A program made the translations under genes and the position numbers. Below the pieces are notes generated by a model. The model had not been told where the DNA came from. It saw only the letters and a program-made list of their open reading frames with translations, and ran no database searches. From a virus, in IMG/VR virus record IMGVR_UViG_3300047499_000102, positions 34,011 to 98,010 of that record: a stretch of DNA of 64,000 nucleotides, one strand, 5' to 3'. Shown in pieces: positions 15,829 to 24,530 of the stretch; within the stretch, counting starts at the first letter, position 1, and each line of letters starts with the position of its first letter.

Positions 15829-17427
15829 CTACTGCCACTCGTTGAAGCGGATGTCGGAGTACGTCATCGTCGCGGTGTGGAAGACCGTGCCGTACGCGTT
15901 GGCAGCCTCGCCACCGGTGTACAGGTCGACTGCGGGGCGCGTCACGAACGGAAGCGGTGTCGCCGCGGGACCGATGCACGTCCAAACAACGGTGCCGTCC
16001 TTCACGGTCTGCCCTGGCTGCGACGGCCACGGCGGCTCATGAGCTCCCGTGGTGCCTGCCGTCGTGCAGAGGTACCAGTAACCGGTCGTCGAGGCCAAGG
16101 GCAGGATCGGCGTGTTCGCCGTGTAGCCCGACGTCGCCAGCCAGGCGCCGCACGGTGGCGTCGTGCCTGGCGACCACGTGTCGATCTCCGAGGCCGCCGC
16201 CCAGTAGGTCCCGCCGAAGCTGTTGCCCTGCTGGATGCCGACGACGAAGCCCTGTCCGAACTGCGAGGCCTGATTCAGATCGGTCGACCGCACCCAGTCG
16301 CCCGCGCTCGCGATGTAGATGCCGGTCTCGCAGCTGCCGCCGTTGAAGGGGCTGTCCACGACGAGCACGCGGTCGCCGGCGGCGGGGGTGTAGCCGTCGA
16401 TGGCCGCCAGCCCCGCGAGGGGGAAGCTCGGGCCGTAGCTGAGGACCCGGCACGGCTGCATCAGCGGCACGGTCCAGGGGAACGCGGTCACGCCCTGCTC
16501 GTCGCGCACCTCAAGGACGTAGGTGTAGAGGCTGCGGATGACGTAGCCGTTGTCCACGGCGAAGGTGAACGACTGCGCGTTGCCTGCGTTGTACCAGGCG
16601 GTGACGTTCGCGGGCGTCGGGACGTAGCACCACCCGTCGACGTCGGCACCAGCGGCGACGCTCGTGCAGGGCGTCGCGTTGCCGTTCTCGTCGACCACGA
16701 GCAGGCGAAAGGAAGGCATCGTCGTCGGCAGCGACGTGTGCAGCGTGACCACGGAGAAGGTCACGGTGACCGAGGTGATGCTCGCATACTGCACCCCGCG
16801 GATGCGCAGCGCGAGCCTCGAGGGCAGCGTTGTCCCGTTCTGCACGTACTGGGGCGCCACGCTCTGCAGCGAGCTGGTGCCGCGCCGTACGACCCACATC
16901 GAGTATGGGATGGGGCGCGCGTCGACGAACGAGTAGACGACCTTGCGCGTGTTCCAAGAGTGCGTCGGGCCGAGCAGAGGGAAGTTGCCGGGGTCGAAGG
17001 CGAGCACCCCGGTGTTCGAGTGGAGCACTCCGCCGCGCGCGACGACCAGGGGGCCGGTCAACTGCAGCCCGGCGCCGCCGATGACGATGGGCGTGGCCGG
17101 CGCCCAGCATCCGCCGTCCACGCCGTTGATGCTGCTCTTCAGGTTGCCATCGAAGGTGGCAAAGTCCGAGGTCAGCACGGACGTGTAGTACATGCACGTC
17201 CACGTCACGCCGCCGTCGACCACGGTCGCGCCACGCACCAAGGGCCACGCGGGCTCCGCGGCACCGCTCTGCCCGGTCGTGATGGCCGTCGCCTTGTAGT
17301 AGAAGCCGGTGGCGTTGACGGTCGTGGGGATGACGTACGCGCCGACCGCGTAGCCCTGCAGCGCCGCCCACGTCGACCACATCGACGGGCCTACCCATTC
17401 GGTGCGCTGTTGCGTGTGATGGGCCAT
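15829..17427 (-). CDS. Tail-fibre-like protein, paralog 1
   Basis: INGVDGGCWAPATPIVIGGAG; IDG.....GDRVLV.....GIY......W.RS.D fibre motif; two CBM-like modules. Confidence 0.75.
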   Translation of the reverse strand: MAHHTQQRTEWVGPSMWSTWAALQGYAVGAYVIPTTVNATGFYYKATAITTGQSGAAEPAWPLVRGATVVDGGVTWTCMYYTSVLTSDFATFDGNLKSSINGVDGGCWAPATPIVIGGAGLQLTGPLVVARGGVLHSNTGVLAFDPGNFPLLGPTHSWNTRKVVYSFVDARPIPYSMWVVRRGTSSLQSVAPQYVQNGTTLPSRLALRIRGVQYASITSVTVTFSVVTLHTSLPTTMPSFRLLVVDENGNATPCTSVAAGADVDGWCYVPTPANVTAWYNAGNAQSFTFAVDNGYVIRSLYTYVLEVRDEQGVTAFPWTVPLMQPCRVLSYGPSFPLAGLAAIDGYTPAAGDRVLVVDSPFNGGSCETGIYIASAGDWVRSTDLNQASQFGQGFVVGIQQGNSFGGTYWAAASEIDTWSPGTTPPCGAWLATSGYTANTPILPLASTTGYWYLCTTAGTTGAHEPPWPSQPGQTVKDGTVVWTCIGPAATPLPFVTRPAVDLYTGGEAANAYGTVFHTATMTYSDIRFNEWQ

Positions 17428-17430
17428 GCG

Positions 17431-18438
17431 TCACATCGACTGGAAGAAGGTGAACGGCGAGATCGGCTGGGTACCCATGGCGCCGCCCACGACGACCGGA
17501 CCCACGGTGAACTTCATGCCAGCGGTCGACGTCGGCGCCACGATGGCCCATGCGTCGCTCGTGCGCATGATCTTTGCCAGTTGCGCGTCGATCGCCGCGC
17601 GCGTCGTCCGCGAGGTCGCCGCCGCTGCTGTTAGGACGATGTAGCTGAGTCGCTGCGAAGACCACCAGTACGGAAAGTTTCCGGTCGTGATTGGCGCGCC
17701 GATGTCGTGCGAGTTCGCGAAGGTCGCCTGGAAGTAGTTGTATCCGGGCGTGCAGCCGGCCGGCGCGGTCGTCGCGGTCCCCGTCACGGTGACGCGCTCC
17801 ATCTGCGCGGTGTTGCCCGCGCCGACGATGATGGTGTCGCCGAGGAGGAGTAGCTCCGGGACGACGATCGTGGTGTCGAGGTTCTGGTAGGCGCACCAGA
17901 CCGCACCCGCGGTGACGACGGGGTCGACCAACTGCACGAACCGCGGCGGGACGCGCACGTCGAGAAACTGGCCCGGGCCGGCGCCCGGCGCTGCCGGGTA
18001 GATGGACGGCGCCGGCGCCGTGGGGCTCGGTACGTAGCCGAGGAAGTTTCCGGCGCCCGCCAATCTCTTGACGGTGTTGACGATGTTGCTCGGGATGGCA
18101 CCGAGCGGTAGCGCCATCGCCGCGGCAAGCGCGTTCTGTCGCGTGCGGATGTTGTCCGTGGGCCCCGGTGTGAGCCCGTAGTCCTGCTCCAGCAGGGGCA
18201 ACAGGTCGTAGACCGCGAGCGGGTTGGCCTGGTTGCCCGCCTTCTCCGACTCGTAGAGAGCGCTGCCCAGCACGACGGCGGTCGCGTACAGTTGCAACTC
18301 GTCGTCGCTGCCCACTTCCGTGAAGTCGATCTCGCTGCCCCACAGCGATGGCAGAAGCTCGTAGAAGACCTGGATGTGGGTCTTGTTGCTGGAGAAGTCG
18401 AAGGCTCCGGGCCAGGTGAAAGCGGACGGCTGCGGCAT
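17431..18438 (-). CDS. Baseplate wedge protein (Mu gp48/YmfQ-like)
   Basis: LLP.LW, ANP.....LLP.LE..YGL.P.......RQ..L pattern; follows the baseplate J gene. Confidence 0.6.
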   Translation of the reverse strand: MPQPSAFTWPGAFDFSSNKTHIQVFYELLPSLWGSEIDFTEVGSDDELQLYATAVVLGSALYESEKAGNQANPLAVYDLLPLLEQDYGLTPGPTDNIRTRQNALAAAMALPLGAIPSNIVNTVKRLAGAGNFLGYVPSPTAPAPSIYPAAPGAGPGQFLDVRVPPRFVQLVDPVVTAGAVWCAYQNLDTTIVVPELLLLGDTIIVGAGNTAQMERVTVTGTATTAPAGCTPGYNYFQATFANSHDIGAPITTGNFPYWWSSQRLSYIVLTAAAATSRTTRAAIDAQLAKIMRTSDAWAIVAPTSTAGMKFTVGPVVVGGAMGTQPISPFTFFQSM

Positions 18439-18447
18439 GCTTTCTAC

Positions 18448-18954
18448 CTAGAAAAAGTCGACGCCAAACGAGATGTCGGCGAGAGCGCCGTCGATGGTCG
18501 TGGTGACCTGCACGCCGTTGGCGATGTTCACGACGCCGATGCTGTAGCTATGGGCGCCAAGGATCGCGGTGATGGTCGCGCGCGGGTTGCCCACCGGCGC
18601 GGGAAAGACACCGGCCGCCGTGGTGATGGAGTAGTTCCCCACCGAGTTGCGGACGACCGTGAAGGGGTTGGCCGTGACGTTGTTCGCCGCCACTCGCCAG
18701 TTGGTGATGGTCGGACCGACGCCCGCGGCGACGTCGCATGCACCCCACGGGATCATCCGCGAGACGGAGATGAGTTGCCAGCCCTCGGTGTTGGTGAGTC
18801 CCGCGCTGGGGATGTAGCGCGGGTTGGGCGGTGCGCTGCCGAGGTCCTCAAACTCTGCGCCGTCGAAGTCGTCCTGCCCAGGGCGGTAGCCCTGGGTCGT
18901 GGGGATCGGCAGGTTCGGGTTGCCGTCAAACGTGGAACATCCGGGCGCCGGCAT
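18448..18954 (-). CDS. Hypothetical tail/baseplate protein
   Basis: Beta-rich ORF between baseplate genes; SD GGAG. Confidence 0.6.
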   Translation of the reverse strand: MPAPGCSTFDGNPNLPIPTTQGYRPGQDDFDGAEFEDLGSAPPNPRYIPSAGLTNTEGWQLISVSRMIPWGACDVAAGVGPTITNWRVAANNVTANPFTVVRNSVGNYSITTAAGVFPAPVGNPRATITAILGAHSYSIGVVNIANGVQVTTTIDGALADISFGVDFF

Positions 18955-19021
18955 GCTGTTACTCTCCGTTCACGTCTCACGCGGTGGTGTGCACGTCATC
19001 GAGAAGGCGGACATGCCGTCG

Positions 19022-20641
19022 TCAGCCACCAGGGAAGACGACGAGGTTGCCCAGCGTGAGCAGGTACACGAAGACCCCGGGAGTGCCCGTGGGAGCGGCG
19101 TACGGCACGGTGGGTTCCTCGAGCAGTACATCCGCGATGCTGTCCGTCGAGAAGAGTGTGGGCACCGGGGGCTGAGTCTGCTGCGCGCCCTGCGGCGGCT
19201 GGTTCGTGATGGTGCCGCCCAGCAGGCGGTTGGTGATCGATGACGGCCAGTATTGCGGGTTGGCGGGACTGCGCTTCTGACGCAGTCCAGGGTCGAAGAA
19301 GGTCGCGAACTGCTCGCCGGGGCCGATGGTGTCGAAGTAGCTCACGACCGGGGCCAGGGCGTCGTTGAGCGACGGGCTCCAAGGACAGCATGCTTGACCA
19401 GCGATCGGCGTGTAGCTCGTGTCGGAGATGCCGTTCGTCGTGTCCACGGTGATGTCGTACGTGGTCGTGGAGATGACCGTGACCGTGAGGATCTTCTTCT
19501 GCCGGAAGGTCAGGTTCGGCAGGTCGAGGAAGGCGATGTTCTGGCCGACCTGCGGCGCCGTGGCAGCGGTGAGCTCGGGGCTCGACAGCCGGAAGGCCAA
19601 GGCGGTAAGGCTGCCCGCGGCGTTCGCACTTGCGACGACACCATTGGTCGCGATGGGGCCCAGATACGGGGGGAAGGTCGTGGTGTCCGCCCAGCTGTCG
19701 GCCGAGTTGTTCCACAAGATCTCGAGGACAACGGTGACCGGAGAGGCCACGATCGTGCACATGAAGATGCCGTCGGTGGCAGGCATCTGCCCGCCGAGCA
19801 GTTGCGCGGCGAGCGCAAGATGCGTCGCGGTAGGGATTCGGCTCGCCCCTGGCTGTCCTGGGCGCAGGGTGAAGAAGACGGCCGTGGTCCCAGGGCCCAT
19901 CGCATCGGGGATAGTGAAGGCCTGCTCGATGGGGATCGTCGTGGCGCTCATCAGGAGCGCCTGGTACTGGGCATCGTTGCCGCTCGCGGGGGGGTTCGCG
20001 GCGAGGTAGTCGAGGCGTCGGCGAACCTGATCGTCGGTCTCGACGGGTGCGCCACCTACGAGTCCCTGCCCGTTCGACTGGATGACGACGTTGCACGTGA
20101 GCGAGCTGCCAGGCCTTGGCGAGGCCCATGTGAGCACCGAGTCGGCCGGCAGGTTCGTCTGCAGGCCCGTGTCGATGCCCGTGATCGGGATGGGCGTGCC
20201 CGAGCCCGCGATGGCGGGATTGGCTGGCAGGTAGAGACCCGTCTGGGTGCACTGGAACTGCAGCCCCGTCGGCAGATGTGTGAGGACGTCGCCGGCGAAG
20301 ATGGTCGCTCCGCTCGAAGAGCCTCCCTGGTTGATCGCGGCGCCGGATCCACCCACGGCGGGCAGCGGTGCCGTGGTGCCAAGGATCGTGGCCCAGTCGT
20401 ACAGGTCCTGACCCGTTGCCGTGGAACGGCGCACGCCCTTGGCGATCGTGATGGAGTTGGCGTCGATGCTGCCAGCGACGTCGGATGTGGCGCGGGCGTC
20501 GAGGTCGACCTTGCTGCCCGGTCGCATGTCGGGCGGGGTATTGCCGATGGGCACGCGCGCCGAGATCGCCCGCTTGTAGAGCGCGATGCGCTGGTCGCGC
20601 GATGGGATGACCAGCTTTCCGGCGAGCTTGTCGAGCGGCAT
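19022..20641 (-). CDS. Baseplate J-like wedge protein (Mu gp47-like)
   Basis: ATG.DL..WA...G, G...N, GG...ETDD..R.R.......P..SGN...Y, GPGT motifs. Confidence 0.85.
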   Translation of the reverse strand: MPLDKLAGKLVIPSRDQRIALYKRAISARVPIGNTPPDMRPGSKVDLDARATSDVAGSIDANSITIAKGVRRSTATGQDLYDWATILGTTAPLPAVGGSGAAINQGGSSSGATIFAGDVLTHLPTGLQFQCTQTGLYLPANPAIAGSGTPIPITGIDTGLQTNLPADSVLTWASPRPGSSLTCNVVIQSNGQGLVGGAPVETDDQVRRRLDYLAANPPASGNDAQYQALLMSATTIPIEQAFTIPDAMGPGTTAVFFTLRPGQPGASRIPTATHLALAAQLLGGQMPATDGIFMCTIVASPVTVVLEILWNNSADSWADTTTFPPYLGPIATNGVVASANAAGSLTALAFRLSSPELTAATAPQVGQNIAFLDLPNLTFRQKKILTVTVISTTTYDITVDTTNGISDTSYTPIAGQACCPWSPSLNDALAPVVSYFDTIGPGEQFATFFDPGLRQKRSPANPQYWPSSITNRLLGGTITNQPPQGAQQTQPPVPTLFSTDSIADVLLEEPTVPYAAPTGTPGVFVYLLTLGNLVVFPGG

Positions 20642-20642
20642 C

Positions 20643-21131
20643 TTAGGTGTTCACTCCGACGACGGAGATTGATCGCTTGTTCGAGGTGGGGAACCGCGGG
20701 TTGGTCGCCGGGTCGCGCAGGTTCACGTAGGCGACGGCGAAGACGTTCTGTCCACGGAGTTGCTTCACGGTCACGCTCAGTAGGAGCACATCGCCGTTCG
20801 TGATGAGGTCCTGCATGACGCTGCGCACTTCGTTGTAAGCGGTCTGCAGGACCTTCGGCGCGGGCAAGCGCGCGCAAACGATTGCCAGGCGCGTTCCGAG
20901 TGACGTCGCGCTCTTGCTCTGCCCCTTTCGTGTCGTGAGTCGAAGGGTCACGATCTGATCGATCGGGTGCATGTCGATCGGGTTGCCGTTCTCGTCCAGC
21001 GTGAGGAACTGGTTGATGGACGGGTCGAAGAACGGCGCGCGCGGCAGGAACGGAGGCGATGGCGTGGCGGGCACGTACACGGGATCGAAGCCCGCGGGAC
21101 CGGCGCCAGCTTGGAAGTCTCCAGCACCCAT
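20643..21131 (-). CDS. Baseplate sheath-initiator-like protein (Mu gp46/gp25-like)
   Basis: V.LRL.T.KG......LGTRL...V...L.DLI..G pattern; sits before baseplate J. Confidence 0.65.
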   Translation of the reverse strand: MGAGDFQAGAGPAGFDPVYVPATPSPPFLPRAPFFDPSINQFLTLDENGNPIDMHPIDQIVTLRLTTRKGQSKSATSLGTRLAIVCARLPAPKVLQTAYNEVRSVMQDLITNGDVLLLSVTVKQLRGQNVFAVAYVNLRDPATNPRFPTSNKRSISVVGVNT

Positions 21132-21388
21132 CAGGACCTCGGGCAGTTGAGCGGCAACTGGTTGATGAGCGCCTCGAGCATGTCGAACGCTTCCTGCACG
21201 GGCTCAAGGAAGGCGAAGTTGATGGTCAGCGGCGGGAGCGGAAGCGAGAGGACGATCGTGATCGCCTCTGGGAGTAGGCAGCACGGGTTCGGGAGGCTCA
21301 GCGAGACGGACGGCAGCTGCGGCGACAGGGAGATCCCCGATGGGAGCGACGGGAACGGCAGCTTGGGAATGGGGATGCAGGTGGACAT
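21131..21388 (-). CDS. Small Pro/Leu-rich Cys-containing protein next to the spike
   Basis: TGATG-coupled ORF between spike and gp46-like genes. Confidence 0.55.
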   Translation of the reverse strand: MSTCIPIPKLPFPSLPSGISLSPQLPSVSLSLPNPCCLLPEAITIVLSLPLPPLTINFAFLEPVQEAFDMLEALINQLPLNCPRS

Positions 21389-21392
21389 GGGC

Positions 21393-22334
21393 TCACCCGA
21401 TGTTCGTGGCGGTCGCGATGGTCTCCAGCGCCGTGCCGATCGCCGACTCTGCGGTCCCGAGCAGCGCTGCCAGCGCTGCGACAGGGCCAGCCGATCCAGA
21501 GCCGCCGCCGAGCTTCACGATCTCGGCCTGCAGCGCAACGATCGCGGCCGACTGCGCCGCAGCGAGCGCGCCCATCGCGCCGAGTACGCCGACCAAGGGC
21601 TCGGCTTGGGCGACGGGGCCGACCACGGATCCCGTCGGTCCGATCGAGATGACCGGGGCGACGACGCGCACCATGTCCGCCTGCAGACTCGCGGTCGACC
21701 CGAGCCCGGGCAGAATGCCACCCATGTATCCGAGGGTGAACCGAGCCCCGCCACCTGCCTGCATCGAGTAACCGGTGAACAGCACGTCGCCGTTGTCGTC
21801 AGCGAACTGCCCGAACATCTCGCGCCCCCAGGGCGACGCGCGCACGAAGCCGTATCGGCTCACCTCCTCGAAGATGGTCTGCCCATCCCCACCGCCGCCC
21901 GTCGACGTCGTCGCGAGGCTGATGCGCCCGTCGGAGTGCGTGCGGACGAAGCTGCAACCGAGGATGTCCGAGCTTGCGCCGGCCGTTGGGTTCACGCCGT
22001 AGAAGACCGCGCAGCCCGGATCGGGGATGGGGATGATGGCCAACACCCGAGGGTCTTCCATCGTCCACGCGTGACCCTGGCTGCCCTCGTACGCGTAGAG
22101 GAGCTGGGCGCCCTTGGTCGGATCTGGCTGGCCGTTGCCTGGCTTACCGGGCGGTGCGGTGTTGAGCGCGGGGTCGAGGGCGCGACCCCATAGGCCGTAG
22201 AAGTGATGACGCTCGATGGGCGATGCGCCGCTCGCGCCCTCGCCCTCGGCATCGTACTGGACGTCCTCGAAGCCCTGGTCGTCCATGACGGATGCGATCT
22301 GGACGCCGATGTCCCATTCGAGAGGTCGGGGCAT
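21393..22334 (-). CDS. Baseplate central spike-like protein (Mu gp45-like)
   Basis: ERHHFYG..., EDPR......DPG...FYG motif; follows the hub gene. Confidence 0.6.
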   Translation of the reverse strand: MPRPLEWDIGVQIASVMDDQGFEDVQYDAEGEGASGASPIERHHFYGLWGRALDPALNTAPPGKPGNGQPDPTKGAQLLYAYEGSQGHAWTMEDPRVLAIIPIPDPGCAVFYGVNPTAGASSDILGCSFVRTHSDGRISLATTSTGGGGDGQTIFEEVSRYGFVRASPWGREMFGQFADDNGDVLFTGYSMQAGGGARFTLGYMGGILPGLGSTASLQADMVRVVAPVISIGPTGSVVGPVAQAEPLVGVLGAMGALAAAQSAAIVALQAEIVKLGGGSGSAGPVAALAALLGTAESAIGTALETIATATNIG

Positions 22335-22344
22335 TCGTCGACTC

Positions 22345-23574
22345 CTACTCTTCGTCCGCCCCGAAAATTAGGTCTGTCAAGCGCATCAATCGGATGGTCG
22401 TTGTCGTCTGCGGTCCGCGCTGGCGGTCGAGGGATTCCAGGTAGAAGTTCTCGTGGAACCCGAGCTCGTCATCGTCGACATGCACGACGGTGTCGGGCAC
22501 GAGCACGGCTCGCTGTCCGCCGCCGGCGGCGTTCGAGGCGCTCGCCAATGGCAACGTGTGACCGTCGACGGTGTACTCCAGCTTCCAACCCGAGCGACGC
22601 TCCTCGGCGAGCTTGCGTCGCGCGAAGAACTCCGCCTCGGCCTGGTTGTGGCAGTTGGCATCGCGGAACACGATCGGCTGGTTGTATCCGCTCGCCTGCA
22701 TCTCGTCGTCGTCGAAGGCGCCCTTGCTCTTCACGCGACCGAATGCCTTGCCTCCGCCCTTGGCGTAGACGATCGCTTCGGAATGGCGGTGCGTGCGGTC
22801 GTCCTGAAAGCTCATGCCCACAACATTCGCGCGCAGACTGTCCTTCGGCTGCCCCGTCTTGCGGCGCAGTAGGTACGTGGGTGCCTGGTTGCCGTTGGGC
22901 GCGGCGAGGACGAAGCTGCCGTCGTTGGCGGCCCAGAAGAAGAGCCCCGCGCGATCGAAGTGACGCCGCAGGAACTGGTGCCACGTCTCATGCAGCCGCG
23001 CCTGCGGGTGAGAGGCGATGGAGCCCGCAGAGATTTCCTGTCCGGCCTGGCTCGCCTTCGTCTCGGCGACGTTCACGCCCGCTTTTGCGCTGCGGTTCGC
23101 GGTGTTGTCCGTCTGCAGGATGTTCGGGTCGATGGGGCCAGAGGGCGCAAGCTTCACCTGCTGCAGCGCGAACCACGCCAGCTGCGCGCAGGTCTTCACG
23201 TTCGCCGCGATGACCCCGGTCACGAAGGTGTCCTGCAGCGGCGCGAGCGAGTCGCGCCCCTTGAGTGTCACCTTCGTCGCCGAGCCAGGGGGCTGCCCGG
23301 CCATCACCGCGTCGAGGTAACCGCTCTGCTGCAGGACGTTGCCGACCAAGAGCTGAAAGATGTAGTTCGGACCTGGCTGGAAGGTCTGGATGAGCGATGC
23401 GGCGAGGTCGCCGCTGCCGATGGTGATCGAGAAGCCCGCGGGCTGCGAGAGGACGCCTTCGTTGACGTTCCAGCTTTCGGCGATGAGCAACTGTTGCCCG
23501 TTGACCAGGAGCTTTACGCTGTCATCGCGTCCGCCCAGTCCCTGGATCAGCGCCTGCGGCGTGGGGTTGCTCAT
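22345..23574 (-). CDS. Baseplate hub protein (Mu gpP/gp44-like)
   Basis: V.L.VNG, GRD....L.D, E..W.FL.R.....G...W...DG, R.S...V, TVDGH, VHV.D..LG motifs. Confidence 0.8.
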   Translation of the reverse strand: MSNPTPQALIQGLGGRDDSVKLLVNGQQLLIAESWNVNEGVLSQPAGFSITIGSGDLAASLIQTFQPGPNYIFQLLVGNVLQQSGYLDAVMAGQPPGSATKVTLKGRDSLAPLQDTFVTGVIAANVKTCAQLAWFALQQVKLAPSGPIDPNILQTDNTANRSAKAGVNVAETKASQAGQEISAGSIASHPQARLHETWHQFLRRHFDRAGLFFWAANDGSFVLAAPNGNQAPTYLLRRKTGQPKDSLRANVVGMSFQDDRTHRHSEAIVYAKGGGKAFGRVKSKGAFDDDEMQASGYNQPIVFRDANCHNQAEAEFFARRKLAEERRSGWKLEYTVDGHTLPLASASNAAGGGQRAVLVPDTVVHVDDDELGFHENFYLESLDRQRGPQTTTTIRLMRLTDLIFGADEE

Positions 23575-24527
23575 CCTGCGGTGTTCGACTGGCCGGCGCC
23601 CGCGTTCGGGCTGTCCGGGTAGTAGTAGATGATGGTGGTCGCAGGCACGTTTAGGACGTCAGCCAGCCCGGGGTTGAGGCCGAGAAGATCACTCACTCGA
23701 GACGCGTCTCCGTAGATCGAGACGGCGCAGTCCACGAGGGTCTGGGTCTGCTCGACGATGTACTGGTTCAGCGGTACCTGCTTGGACTGCAGGTCCTGCA
23801 GCGCGAGGGACGCGCCGTTCCATAGGTCGAGGAGCACGTTGACGACCGGCCAAGCCCGGGCGTCTTGCATCGACAGCGCGCCCTCAAGCTGTTGGCAGAG
23901 CCCCGCGAGGTCCTGCAGCTTCGCCGAGTAGTCGTTGCCGTACAGCTGCACGGTGTCGCCGATGGCGAGGATCTGGGTGACCGTGCTCTGGATGACATCG
24001 AACAGGCTCTCGTCCTCGTCGCTCAAGGCGAGGTCGGATTCGACTGCCGCGAGCTCGGCGGCGAGGCGCGCGGCACTCGGACCGATCGATGTGTCGTCGA
24101 GATCCGTCACCACGTTGTTCAGAGCGTACTGCGCGCTTTGGTCCTCCAGGAAGGTGATGTCCACCTTCTCGCCGCTCAGCATCCTGGCGTCCTTGACCTG
24201 CTCCCACCCGATGATGAAGGCGGGGAAGCTGCCGATGGTCGGATGGACGAATGTCAGGGTCTGCATCTGCTCGGCGTAGCCTCGCAGCGTGTTCATCCCG
24301 TTGGGGTATAGGTCGGGGAACGCCGGGAAGGTCGCCTGGAAGTTGCCCCGAACGGTGACCTTGTAGAGCGATCGCCCGAGCTTCTCGACGTTGCCGCCGG
24401 GCGAATGCGGGTACTCGTGCACGTGATGCCGAAGCACGAGCGACACGTGGTGGGTCTCGCCCGGGAACTTGATGTCCCCGAACTGCGTTTGAGGCAGGCC
24501 GGTCTGCGCGGTCACCTTGCTGGGCAT
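23571..24527 (-). CDS. DNA circularization N-terminal (Mu gpN-like) tail protein with LysM-like end
   Basis: F..I.F, R.HVHEYP...GG.VE.LGR, HPTIG, F.ED; C-terminal TL...A..IYGDASR...L..LNP. Confidence 0.85.
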   Translation of the reverse strand: MPSKVTAQTGLPQTQFGDIKFPGETHHVSLVLRHHVHEYPHSPGGNVEKLGRSLYKVTVRGNFQATFPAFPDLYPNGMNTLRGYAEQMQTLTFVHPTIGSFPAFIIGWEQVKDARMLSGEKVDITFLEDQSAQYALNNVVTDLDDTSIGPSAARLAAELAAVESDLALSDEDESLFDVIQSTVTQILAIGDTVQLYGNDYSAKLQDLAGLCQQLEGALSMQDARAWPVVNVLLDLWNGASLALQDLQSKQVPLNQYIVEQTQTLVDCAVSIYGDASRVSDLLGLNPGLADVLNVPATTIIYYYPDSPNAGAGQSNTAG

Positions 24528-24530
24528 CGG

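Noticed and set aside
14252-17323. Diversity-generating retroelement TR/VR pair
   Set aside because: The repeat is exact and coding in both copies, with no adenine-specific mismatches and no reverse transcriptase in the window.
15562-17634. Long antisense ORFs (e.g. 15562-17634, 19253-20803, 38725-41133, 42234-43850, 44358-45956, 58945-61149)
   Set aside because: Arg/Gly-rich shadow frames of real genes, expected in high-GC DNA; no motifs.
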